This document shows, piece after piece, positions 1-7,480 of a stretch of 11,280 bases of DNA. The notes beneath the pieces were generated by a model. That model was not told where the DNA came from and ran no database searches. It saw nothing but the letters and a program-made list of their open reading frames with translations. The position numbers and the translations under genes are program-made. The stretch covers positions 1-11,280 of the forward strand of contig JBDZUZ010000129.1 of NCBI GenBank assembly GCA_040255445.1, in the 5' to 3' direction. Position 1 is the first letter of the stretch. Each line of letters starts with the position of its first letter. The DNA comes from Planctomycetaceae bacterium. GTDB lineage: Bacteria; Planctomycetota; Phycisphaerae; Phycisphaerales; UBA1924.

Positions 1-857
1 TCGCGATCATCGCGCTGCTCATCGGCATCCTGCTGCCGGCGCTGGGCAAGGCCCGGGCCGCGGGTCAGACCGTCAAGTGCCTGTCGAACGTGAAGCAGTT
101 CGGGCTCGCGGCGATCCTGTACGCGCAGGATTACAAGAACCAGATCTGGCCGATCGCGCTGCGGAACCAGGCGGGGCAGCGGTACTGGCCGCCCGAGACG
201 GTGGCGCCGCCCCCCGGCTCGCCGCCGCCGACCAACGTGGCGATGTGGGCGCAGACGGTCGGACCGGATGGCGCTCGCGCGCCGGGTCTGCTGTATCAGT
301 ATGTCGAGAACGCGCATTATGTCGGCGAGTGCCCGACCAACAAGCGGCGCACCGCGACCGGCACCGAGTACGCGAACATGTGGTCCTCGCGGACGGGCGT
401 TGACTTCGACTACACGATGCTGGACGAGACCGAGGGTATCAAGCTGAGTTCGCAGGCCAAGGTTGGGTATGTCGCGCCGCAGTACACGCCCAACTGGCGG
501 ATCCTGCCCGCGGGGCTCGCCACGCAGCTCACGCTGTTCCATTCGGTGCCGATCTTCTTCGAGGAGAGCACCTTCATCTGGAACCAGCAGTACCGCGATG
601 GGATGTTCGGCAACGAGGATCAGCTGACGACGCGGCACGCCAACGGCGGGCACATGTCGTTCCTCGACGGTTCGGCGATGCTGATGAAGATGAGCAGCGA
701 CGGGATCGAGAAGACGCAGAACCGTCAGCTCGACTTTGAGTGTCTGGATATGTACGTCAACACGAAGCTGCTGAACACGAGCTGGTACTCGATCAGCGAC
801 CAGGACTGGCGCTTCGGGTACACGCAGCCGTACGGGTGGATGAACGATCCGCGGTGA
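1..857 (+). CDS. Prepilin-type N-terminal cleavage/methylation domain protein with DUF1559 (H-X9-DG) domain. 5'-partial: the reading frame is open to the window edge.
   Basis: Frame 3 is open from position 3 and encodes ...AIIALLIGILLPALGKARAAGQTVKCLSNVKQFGLAAILYAQDYKN, a pseudopilin-like hydrophobic N-terminus missing only the first ~15-20 residues. The C-terminal region carries RHANGGHMSFLDGS, which fits the H-X9-DG signature. Strong GC3 codon bias. Stop TGA at 855-857. Confidence 0.85.
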   Translation, partial: AIIALLIGILLPALGKARAAGQTVKCLSNVKQFGLAAILYAQDYKNQIWPIALRNQAGQRYWPPETVAPPPGSPPPTNVAMWAQTVGPDGARAPGLLYQYVENAHYVGECPTNKRRTATGTEYANMWSSRTGVDFDYTMLDETEGIKLSSQAKVGYVAPQYTPNWRILPAGLATQLTLFHSVPIFFEESTFIWNQQYRDGMFGNEDQLTTRHANGGHMSFLDGSAMLMKMSSDGIEKTQNRQLDFECLDMYVNTKLLNTSWYSISDQDWRFGYTQPYGWMNDPR

Positions 858-859
858 TG

Positions 860-1336
860 TCAGCAGCCGGCTGGTGGATATATTTTGACACAAAGGCCGT
901 TCAGCGGCGCGAGCGCGGCGCTTATGAGCGGCTCGACCTCACGCCACGCGAGGCCGCCGTTGCCGCAGCCGAGGGCCGGGATAGCGACCGACCGTAGCCC
1001 AAGCCGCTGGATCTCCCCGGCCATTGCATCAATCGAGGCACCAACGTCATCCAGCCGCGAGGCTTCACGCCAGTGCCGCTTCGTTGGAACGTTGATCACA
1101 ATACAACGCGGCCCATCGTGTGCAACGCGCACAGTCAGCACCTTGCCCGGCTTGAGTTCGCCGCGAGCGCACGCTTTGCGGTAGGCGGCGAAATTGGTCG
1201 GGAACGCCTGCTTGAACTGCAGCGCGAGCCCCTTGCCCATCACGCCCACCGTATTGACGGGGTTTATCAGGCCCTCGGCATCCGAGAGCAGCAGGTCCCC
1301 GGTGGACCGTACAAACTCGGCGCCGCCGTCGCTCAA
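860..1336 (-). CDS. Stand-alone macrodomain protein of the DarG/TARG1 type (ADP-ribose-binding / de-ADP-ribosylating).
   Basis: The translation [56 protein letters not shown]...[19 protein letters not shown]...[25 protein letters not shown] matches, from memory, the conserved blocks of DarG antitoxin and TARG1 macrodomains (GDLL start, NxVNxVGVMGKGxALxFK, KxHWR, PxLGCGxGGLxW). The start is uncertain. TTG at 1336-1334 overlaps the asnS stop (TTGA). The first in-frame ATG at 1480 would overlap asnS by 148 nt and is disfavoured. Confidence 0.78.
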   Translation of the reverse strand: MSDGGAEFVRSTGDLLLSDAEGLINPVNTVGVMGKGLALQFKQAFPTNFAAYRKACARGELKPGKVLTVRVAHDGPRCIVINVPTKRHWREASRLDDVGASIDAMAGEIQRLGLRSVAIPALGCGNGGLAWREVEPLISAALAPLNGLCVKIYPPAGC

Positions 1337-2775
1337 AACTCCGCCTGCTTGGGCGCCCGCGGGAACGGGATCACATCGCGGATGTTCTGCATCCCCGTCA
1401 GGAACATCATCGCGCGCTCGAAGCCCAGCCCGAAGCCCGCGTGCGGCACCGTGCCGTAGCGGCGCAGGTCGCGGTACCACCAGTAGTTCTCCTTCGGCAG
1501 CCCCATCTCGTCGATGCGCCGGTCGAGCACATCCAGCCGCTCCTCGCGCTGCGACCCGCCGATGATCTCGCCGATCTTGGGCACCAGCACATCCATCGCC
1601 GCGACCGTGTCGCCGGGCGCGTTGTCCGTGCCCGCATCGTTGAGCCGCATGTAGAACGCCTTGATCTGCTTGGGGTAGTTGATCAGGATCACCGGCTGCT
1701 TGAAGTGCTCTTCGGTGAGATAGCGCTCGTGCTCACTCTGCAGGTCCGTGCCCCACTTGACGGGGAACTCGAACTTCTTCTTGGCGTTCTGCAGGATCGA
1801 GACCGCCTCGGTGTAGGGCAGCCGCCGGAACGGCGTCTCCTGCACATGCTTGAGCCGCTCGATCAGACCGTTCTCGATCCGCTCATCGAAGAACTTCATG
1901 TCGTCGGCCCGCTCGGTGAGCACGGCATCGATCATGAACTTGATGAAGTCCTCGGCGATCTCGCTGTCGCGCATCAGGTCGCAGAAGGCCATCTCCGGCT
2001 CGATCATCCAGAACTCGGCCAGGTGGCGGCTGGTGTTGCTGTTCTCGGCGCGGAAGGTCGGGCCGAAGGTGTACACGTTCGAGAGTGCGCAGCAGTAGGT
2101 CTCGACATTGAGCTGGCCCGACACGGTGAGATGCGACTCCTTGCCGAAGAAGTCTTCCTTGTAGTCGATCGCGCCGGTTGAGTCCTTGGGCCCGCCCGCC
2201 CGCGGCGGGTTCACCGCATCCAGCGTGCTCACGCGGAACATCTGCCCCGCGCCCTCGCAGTCGCTCGCGGTGATGATCGGCGTGTGGACGTAGTAGAAGC
2301 CCCGTTCGTGGAAGAAGCGGTGCACCGCCATCGAGAGGCAATGCCGCACCCGCGCCACCGCGCCGAAGGTGTTGGTGCGGACGCGCAGGTGCGCCTGCTC
2401 GCGCAGGTACTCGAAGGTGTGCCGCTTGTTCTGCACCGGGTATGTATCCGGGCTCTCGACCCAGCCGGTGACCTTGATGCTGCTGCCGCGGACCTCGACC
2501 GCCTGCCCCTTGCCCTGGCTGGCGACGAGTTCGCCCTCGACCTCGACAGCGCAGCCGGTGGTCAGCTTCTTGATCTCTTCAAAGTTGGCGAGCGCGCCGT
2601 CGCCGCCGCCGGGGGCGACGACCTGGATGGGGTCGAAACACGACCCATCCGACACCGCCACGAAGCACAGGCCGCCTTCGGCCTTGCTCTCGCGGTTGGT
2701 GCGGACCCACCCCTTGATCGTGAGCTTCGTCCCGACCGGGGCTTTGAAGGCATCCGCCACGCGCATCCACTGCAT
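1333..2775 (-). CDS. asnS: Asparagine--tRNA ligase (AsnRS).
   Basis: Near-colinear match to E. coli AsnS along its whole length, as recalled: [10 protein letters not shown]...[114 protein letters not shown]. The start is set at ATG 2775 ([10 protein letters not shown]...), preceded by AAGAAGGGA 7 nt upstream. The ORF-track extension to 2913 is rejected. Confidence 0.97.
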   Translation of the reverse strand: MQWMRVADAFKAPVGTKLTIKGWVRTNRESKAEGGLCFVAVSDGSCFDPIQVVAPGGGDGALANFEEIKKLTTGCAVEVEGELVASQGKGQAVEVRGSSIKVTGWVESPDTYPVQNKRHTFEYLREQAHLRVRTNTFGAVARVRHCLSMAVHRFFHERGFYYVHTPIITASDCEGAGQMFRVSTLDAVNPPRAGGPKDSTGAIDYKEDFFGKESHLTVSGQLNVETYCCALSNVYTFGPTFRAENSNTSRHLAEFWMIEPEMAFCDLMRDSEIAEDFIKFMIDAVLTERADDMKFFDERIENGLIERLKHVQETPFRRLPYTEAVSILQNAKKKFEFPVKWGTDLQSEHERYLTEEHFKQPVILINYPKQIKAFYMRLNDAGTDNAPGDTVAAMDVLVPKIGEIIGGSQREERLDVLDRRIDEMGLPKENYWWYRDLRRYGTVPHAGFGLGFERAMMFLTGMQNIRDVIPFPRAPKQAEF

Positions 2776-2950
2776 ACCGCTGTCCCTTCTTTGGAGCCCG
2801 CGGCCGACCCGGCGGCGGGGCCTCCATGGTAGGAATCCCGCCGACACCCCCGATTCCGCCGCACCCGGGCCGCTGGGATGCCGATAATGCAAGCGGACCT
2901 GACCGAATCCCAAGAATGCATCCGGTGGCGCGGGCTATCACCGCGCCCGA

Positions 2951-2958
2951 AAGGGGGA
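2951..2958 (+). promoter_or_regulatory. Shine-Dalgarno sequence for the flotillin gene.
   Basis: AAGGGGGA, 5-nt spacer to ATG 2964. Confidence 0.7.
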
Positions 2959-2963
2959 CCCAC

Positions 2964-4652
2964 ATGGGCATGATGTTCCTGATCGTCGGCGTGGTGCTCG
3001 CGCTCGCCATTCTTGTCAGCGTGCCGCGGATCCCGGGGGCGGCGCTCAAGGGCGCGGCCGCGGCGTTCGCGCTGCTGCTCGTCATCGCCGGGTTGCTGCT
3101 GTCTTCGGCGGTGTATGTGAGCGCCGACCGCGTCGGCATCGTCTCGAAGAACCTCTTTGGCGCCAGCCTCAAGGACGGCAAGATCATCGCCATCGACGGC
3201 GAGATGGGCGTGCAGGCCGATGTGCTCCCGCCCGGGTGGCACTGGGGCTATTGGCCGATCGTGTACAGCGTCGACACCGTTGCGCTGACCGAGGTGCCCT
3301 CGGATCAGGTCGGCCTCATCGAGGCCAAGGACGGCCTGCCCCAGGAGCCGGGCCAGCTCTTCGCGCCCGAGTTCAAGCAGGCCGAGTTCCAGAAGATGCT
3401 CGATGCGCGGTACTTCCTGACCGACGGCCGCGGCCGCAAGGGGCCGCAGTCGTCCGTGCTCACGCCCGGCAAGTACCGGCTCAACACGCAACTGTTCACC
3501 ATCCAGATGGTGCCGCAGACCGAGGTGGCGCAGGGCGAGGTCGCCGTCATCAAGGCGAACTTCGGCGCCGAGCCCTCGATCCAGATCAAGGGCGACGGGG
3601 GCGAGGGCGACATCTTCCTCGCCAAAGAAGGCGAGATGGGCGTCCGCGCCCGGCCCCTCCCGCCCGGCAAGTACCCGCTGAACACAAGGGCCTTCACCAT
3701 CGTCGAGATGTGGACCACGCAGATGATCGCCCATTACGCCGGCGGCACGACCTCCAACCCGACAAGCGGAGCCCCCCAGCGCAGCCGCGGCGGTACGCCC
3801 CGCGGCGGGCCAGAGTCCGAAGAACGCGAGATCACCGTCCGCACCAGCGATGGGTTCACCTTCCCCGTCGATGTGCGGATCGAGTACCTGATCCGCCCAG
3901 AGAACGCCCCCCTCGTCGTCGCGCGTCTCGGCAGCGATGAGGACGAGCGCTTCATGAACGCGCTCAACTCCGCCGTCCGCGCCATCTTCCGGAACAACGC
4001 AGAGGGCGTCCGCGCGCTCGACTACGTTCAGCAGCGGTCGCACCAGGAGTCCCAGTCTCTCGAGATGCTCTCCGATCAGATGGCGCGGTTCGGCGTGACC
4101 ATCACCGCCGTCCGCATCGGCAACGTCGGCGATGAAGCCTCGCTGGGGGCCCTGCTCAAGACCCAGACCGACCGCGAGATCGCCAAGCAGGAACTCATCA
4201 CCTTCCAGGAGCAGCAGAAGGCGGCCGAGCAGAAGAAGGAACTCTCCCGCGCCACCCAGGAGGCCGAGGAAGAGAAGCGGCTGGCGACCGCGGCGTACGC
4301 CGTGAAGATCGCCGAGGAGGAGCAGAAGCGCAAGGTGATCGAGGCGCAGGCCGAGGCAGAGGCGATCGGGATTCGCGCTGAGGCCCAGGCGCTGGCGTAT
4401 CAGCAGATCGCGCTGCAGATCGGCAAGGGCAACGCCGCGCTGGTGGAGCTGCTCAAGATCGTCGGCGAGCGGAACATCCAGATCACGCCGCGGGTGCTGA
4501 TTACCGGCGGGAGTGGTGGGGGTGGCAATGGGAGCGGCAACAGCGGCGAGACCACCGCACTGATCGGCACGATGCTGGACCACATGGTCTCGCGGGAAGA
4601 AGATGCCCCGCAGGCCCGCGGCCGGGTGACGCCGACCTCCGGGGGGAACTGA
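2964..4652 (+). CDS. Flotillin-like SPFH/band-7 membrane protein (YqiK/FloT family).
   Basis: Strong SD AAGGGGGA (2951-2958) 5 nt before ATG 2964. Two N-terminal hydrophobic helices. SPFH-like region. Long charged coiled-coil with EA/KQ repeats (QEAEEEKRLATAAYAVKIAEEEQKRKVIEAQAEAEAIGIRAEAQALAYQQ). Gly-rich tail ITGGSGGGGNGSGNSG, as in YqiK/FloT C-termini. Confidence 0.9.
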   Translation: MGMMFLIVGVVLALAILVSVPRIPGAALKGAAAAFALLLVIAGLLLSSAVYVSADRVGIVSKNLFGASLKDGKIIAIDGEMGVQADVLPPGWHWGYWPIVYSVDTVALTEVPSDQVGLIEAKDGLPQEPGQLFAPEFKQAEFQKMLDARYFLTDGRGRKGPQSSVLTPGKYRLNTQLFTIQMVPQTEVAQGEVAVIKANFGAEPSIQIKGDGGEGDIFLAKEGEMGVRARPLPPGKYPLNTRAFTIVEMWTTQMIAHYAGGTTSNPTSGAPQRSRGGTPRGGPESEEREITVRTSDGFTFPVDVRIEYLIRPENAPLVVARLGSDEDERFMNALNSAVRAIFRNNAEGVRALDYVQQRSHQESQSLEMLSDQMARFGVTITAVRIGNVGDEASLGALLKTQTDREIAKQELITFQEQQKAAEQKKELSRATQEAEEEKRLATAAYAVKIAEEEQKRKVIEAQAEAEAIGIRAEAQALAYQQIALQIGKGNAALVELLKIVGERNIQITPRVLITGGSGGGGNGSGNSGETTALIGTMLDHMVSREEDAPQARGRVTPTSGGN

Positions 4653-4772
4653 ACGGGCGTGGAGTTCGTCCGGTAAGTCCAAACACGAACCCAACAGGTG
4701 TGCGGGCCGTACCTATACTGACGGTGCCGCCAACGCGGGGCGTGTAGTCTGCACAAGGGTCGGAGGACTTCA

Positions 4773-5312
4773 ATGAAAACCAGCACCTCCGCGATGGAAG
4801 TGGTCGAGTACCTCCAATGGCTGGCTTCCAATGAGCTCGCGGACGATGAGAGTTCGCCGCTGACCAACCTGATGGTTCAGAAGCTCCTGTACTTCGTGCA
4901 GGGGTGGAGCCTCGCCGAGACCGGCCAGCCGCTCTTCCGCGAGTCGATCGAAGCGTGGGATTACGGGCCTGTTGTGAAGGATGCGTATCAGGAGCTCAAG
5001 GTCTTTGGCAAGGCCGCGCTCCCGCTGATGCCGCGTCTTCGCACCACACTGACCGAGCACGAACAGGAACTGATCCGCGGCGTGTGGGACCGCTACAAGA
5101 ACTACTCCGCCTACGGCCTCATGCACCTAAGCCATCGCGAGCGTCCTTGGCGCGAGGCCGCGAAGGGCAAGACGATTCCGCACGAGGCCATGAAGCAGAG
5201 CTTCCTCGAGCAGATGCGGCAGGCCGAAGCGCGGCTCGCCGCCGCGTGGGATCGGATCGACAGCGCTGCCCGGACCAACACGCAGCAGATGTTCGGACGC
5301 GAGGCGATCTGA
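4773..5312 (+). CDS. Panacea-domain (DUF4065, SocA/GepA-like) protein, putative antitoxin.
   Basis: SD GGAGGA (4762-4767) 5 nt before ATG 4773. The translation contains VQKLLYFVQGWSLAETGQPLFRESIEAWDYGPVVKDAYQELK, which matches my recollection of the DUF4065/Panacea core (KLQKLLYyaqg...lf.e.ieAw.yGPV...vY). Stop TGA overlaps the ATG of the next ORF (TGATG). Confidence 0.65.
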   Translation: MKTSTSAMEVVEYLQWLASNELADDESSPLTNLMVQKLLYFVQGWSLAETGQPLFRESIEAWDYGPVVKDAYQELKVFGKAALPLMPRLRTTLTEHEQELIRGVWDRYKNYSAYGLMHLSHRERPWREAAKGKTIPHEAMKQSFLEQMRQAEARLAAAWDRIDSAARTNTQQMFGREAI

Positions 5313-5702
5313 TGCAGTTCCGCATCGGGCAGGTCTTCCACCTCAGCGAAGTCCCGCCCCTTGCCGGAGGCGATCCCAAGGACCGGTTCGTCGTGCTCAT
5401 CGGCCCCCCCGGGGCTTGACAAGCGTCCCGGGGCGTTGGTCGTCGTCGCCGCCGTCTCCAGCCGAGCGCCCGATGACTCGACGGATTATGACGCCGTGCC
5501 GATGCCCAACCGTGCGGATTTTCCATCGACGCCGGCTCCTTTCGATCGTCCCTGCTGGTGCTTTCCGCGCTGGGTCTTCCGGATCGATCGCGCCAAGCTC
5601 GGTCCGAGCCGCGGCTACATCTCGGGAGCACGGCTGCAGAGCGTGATCGAGGCGGTGGCGCAGCGTGCCGAGAATGGGCACGGGTTCCCCGGTCTTCTCT
5701 GA
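5312..5702 (+). pseudogene. MazF/PemK/Kid-family toxin gene, disrupted by a +1 frameshift in a C7 homopolymer.
   Basis: Frame 2 (5312-5419) encodes MQFRIGQVFHLSEVPPLAGGDPKDRFVVLIGPPGA*, which aligns with the Kid/PemK N-terminus (GEIWLVSLDPTAGHEQQGTRPVLIVT). Frame 3 (continuing to 5702) encodes ...LVVVAAVSSRAPDD...CWCFPRWVFRIDRAKLGPSRGYISGARLQSVIEAV, which aligns with Kid PVVVPVTSGG...CDQPRTIDMKARGGKRLERVPETIMNEVL. Removing one C from the run at 5404-5410 joins them into a ~129-aa ORF. Confidence 0.6.
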
Positions 5703-5752
5703 CACGCGCCCGCGCCAAGCCCATGCCGCGGCGGATCTCATACCCTCCGCCC

Positions 5753-6211
5753 ATGTCACCCACCGCCGTCGCGTTTCTTGGAATCGGCCTGGCGATGCTC
5801 GCCGGCGTCACCACCGCCATCCAGCCCGCCATCAACGCCCGCTTCGGCTCGCTGATGCCCTCGCGGCTGCACGGCTCGGTCGTCAACTTCGTCACCGGCC
5901 TGGCGGCGATGCTGATCGTCTGCCTGATCGTCCGCACGCCGCTGCCCAAGGCCGAGGCTCTCGCCCGCGCTCCGTGGTGGAGCTGGCTGGGCGGCCTCTG
6001 CGGCGCGTTCTTCGTGACCATGGCGATCATGCTCGTGCCCCGCCTGGGCGCTGCGGCGTACCTCACCGCGATGGTCGCGGGCATGATGATCGGCTCGCTG
6101 GTCATCGATCACTTCGGGATGCTGGGTCTGGATGTCCGCGCTGTGACACCGGGCCGGATCATGGGCATCGTCCTGATCCTGGCGGGCGTGGGCTGCGTGC
6201 GGTTCCTGTGA
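5753..6211 (+). CDS. DMT-superfamily small membrane transporter, YdcZ/DUF606 family.
   Basis: 152 aa with 4-5 hydrophobic helices. WLGGLCGAFFVTMAIMLVPRLGAAAYLTAMVAGMMIGSLVIDHFGMLGL fits the DUF606 pattern (GG..GA..V.....P..G......GQ...S...DHFG..G). The upstream ORF-track extension to 5558 is Arg-rich and is rejected. Confidence 0.82.
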   Translation: MSPTAVAFLGIGLAMLAGVTTAIQPAINARFGSLMPSRLHGSVVNFVTGLAAMLIVCLIVRTPLPKAEALARAPWWSWLGGLCGAFFVTMAIMLVPRLGAAAYLTAMVAGMMIGSLVIDHFGMLGLDVRAVTPGRIMGIVLILAGVGCVRFL

Positions 6212-6239
6212 CCGTGTGAGTGTGAGTGCCGCGGATCCC

Positions 6240-6291
6240 GTGCCATCATGATCGCCTGCTCTGAGGCGATCGTGATGGGCTCGGCGCCGCA
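6240..6291 (+). repeat. 52-bp GC-rich hairpin repeat, copy 1 (REP-like element or terminator-like).
   Basis: GTGCCATCATGATCGCCTGCTCTGAGGCGATCGTGATGGGCTCGGCGCCGCA. Arms 6243-6257 and 6264-6278 form a 15-bp stem. On the + strand RNA the single non-canonical pair is a G·U wobble. The loop is 6 nt. A second copy with 51/52 identity lies at 7481-7532. Confidence 0.8.
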
Positions 6292-6315
6292 ACGCCGCGG
6301 CGGTACGCTACCGGC

Positions 6316-7479
6316 ATGCCTACCGGTCGTCGGTTGCTCCGAGTCGTTGCGTGCTTCGCCATCGTCCTAGGCAATGCGATTGCGCCCGCGCACCAGCCTG
6401 ATCCGACCGCAACGCCCGCCGATGCGGAAGCATCGCGTGTCAAGACCGCCATCGCCCTCCTCGAATCCGCCCACGCTTCAACAGCACCCTTCGAAGTCCG
6501 CATCCGCTACGCCGGCATGATCGGCGGCGGGATCTCCCGAGCCGATGTCGCCCGCATCCCCGGCGCCACCATACTCGAACGCGGCGATCCGCCCGTCGAG
6601 CTCTTCGCCGTGCGCGAGGGTGTGCTCACGTGCGACGGCGCGGACGGCATGCGGCTGGAGAGCCGATACATCGCCGCTCGCGTCGGCAATCCACACACCT
6701 CAGCAGAGGTTTGGACCGCCACGGAGAACGCGGTTGTGCCGACGCTGGAGGCCGAGACCGGTGTGACCGTCCGCGCGGAACTCTACCGCATCAAGCCCAC
6801 CACGCAGGGTGAGCGAGCCGCTGCCTATCAGGGATATCTCTGGACCTACGAACGCCGGCGCGCCGTGACGCATTATCTGCCCATGGCCCGGCACGTCGCC
6901 GTGGTGCTGAGCGAAGACCCCGAGACCCGTGTTCTTGCCGCGACCGATGACGCGATCCACCTCGAATCGCCCGGGGCTGGGATGCAGGCGATTGTTGACC
7001 GCAAGAGCGGCGCCCTTCGCCGCGTTCGCTTCGCGGATATTCGCGGCGGCACCACCGATTACGAGTTCAACGGCGTGATCGATGGCCCCGGCTTCCCGGC
7101 CGCGCACCCCGCCGAGGTTGTGATCCGCTACCCCGGCGGATCGACCGCAGCGGAGCTCTACAGCGACTATCGCGCGATACCCGCGCCCGATCCGGAACAG
7201 TTCACATGGCAGTCGATCGCTTTCACTGCATTCGACCCCCGGAGCGGTGAGCAGTTCTGGGCCGAGAAGAAACCCACGCCGCCCGATGTGATGGTTCTGG
7301 GAACCACATCAACCGCAGCCACAACGCCGGTGCCGCCGGTCCCCTCGCCCAACATCCCCGCCAATCCCACCCCTGGCGGGAGCACCACCGTCCCGCTCTC
7401 GCCGATTCTTCTGCTGCTGGGCCTGATCGCCGCGGCGGCGGTGATAGGAATCATCTCGATCTTCAGGCCGAAGAAATGA
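6316..7479 (+). CDS. Secreted hypothetical protein with a Pro/Thr-rich linker and a conserved C-terminal TM-plus-basic 'sorting-signal-like' module.
   Basis: N-terminal signal peptide MPTGRRLLRVVACFAIVLGNAIA/PA. GC3-biased codons throughout. C-terminus PNIPANPTPGGSTTVPLSPILLLLGLIAAAAVIGIISIFRPKK*, paralogous to the C-terminus of the 9199-9567 gene. Confidence 0.7.
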   Translation: MPTGRRLLRVVACFAIVLGNAIAPAHQPDPTATPADAEASRVKTAIALLESAHASTAPFEVRIRYAGMIGGGISRADVARIPGATILERGDPPVELFAVREGVLTCDGADGMRLESRYIAARVGNPHTSAEVWTATENAVVPTLEAETGVTVRAELYRIKPTTQGERAAAYQGYLWTYERRRAVTHYLPMARHVAVVLSEDPETRVLAATDDAIHLESPGAGMQAIVDRKSGALRRVRFADIRGGTTDYEFNGVIDGPGFPAAHPAEVVIRYPGGSTAAELYSDYRAIPAPDPEQFTWQSIAFTAFDPRSGEQFWAEKKPTPPDVMVLGTTSTAATTPVPPVPSPNIPANPTPGGSTTVPLSPILLLLGLIAAAAVIGIISIFRPKK

Positions 7480-7480
7480 T

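Noticed and set aside
1337-1480. ATG 1480 as start of the macrodomain gene (206-aa version).
   Set aside because: It would overlap the asnS 3' end by 148 nt. The extra 48 residues are Arg/Pro/Ala-rich, and macrodomain homology begins at ~STGDLL. A TTG start at 1336 overlapping the asnS stop is more plausible, but still unverified.
1441-2181. 246-aa + strand ORF, and other ORFs (1883-2341, 2284-2832, 2369-2887), inside asnS.
   Set aside because: All overlap the unambiguous asnS coding sequence in other frames or strands, and their translations are low complexity.
2776-2913. N-terminal 46-codon extension of the asnS ORF in the ORF track ([10 protein letters not shown]...).
   Set aside because: Homology to AsnS begins exactly at [10 protein letters not shown] (ATG 2775), which has an AAGAAGGGA SD 7 nt upstream. 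The extension is Arg/Gly-rich with no homology.
2562-4694. 710-aa ORF on the minus strand, the longest ORF in the window.
   Set aside because: It is entirely antisense to the well-supported flotillin gene and the asnS 5' region. Its translation is low-complexity (R/G/L/A/P-rich, e.g. LLLLGDLHGVRRGRQ, RRRQQQPGDDEQQRERRGR) with no recognisable domain. It is typical of the long spurious antisense ORFs generated by high GC3 bias.
4653-4772. Possible ncRNA or terminator in the 120-nt flotillin-Panacea spacer (hairpin GTTCGT...ACGAAC; TATACT -10-like box at 4714-4719).
   Set aside because: The stem is only 6 bp with a 15-nt loop and no U-tract. The -10-like hexamer lacks a convincing -35. Insufficient evidence to call either a terminator or a promoter.
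5558-5752. Upstream extension of the ydcZ ORF to ATG 5558 (217 aa).
   Set aside because: The extension is Arg-rich with no hydrophobic or conserved features and overlaps the frame-3 toxin remnant. DUF606 proteins are ~150 aa, consistent with ATG 5753.
5119-6105. 328-aa minus-strand ORF spanning the toxin remnant and ydcZ.
   Set aside because: Antisense to two supported + strand genes. Arg/Ser/Pro-rich low-complexity translation with no SD or motif. A GC-content artefact.
6246-6503. 85-aa minus ORF; the 157-aa minus ORF at 7487-7960 ends in the identical C-terminus ...SPSRSPQSRRS.
   Set aside because: The shared C-terminus is a by-product of translating the 52-bp hairpin repeat on the minus strand. 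Both ORFs overlap better-supported features and lack coding signal.
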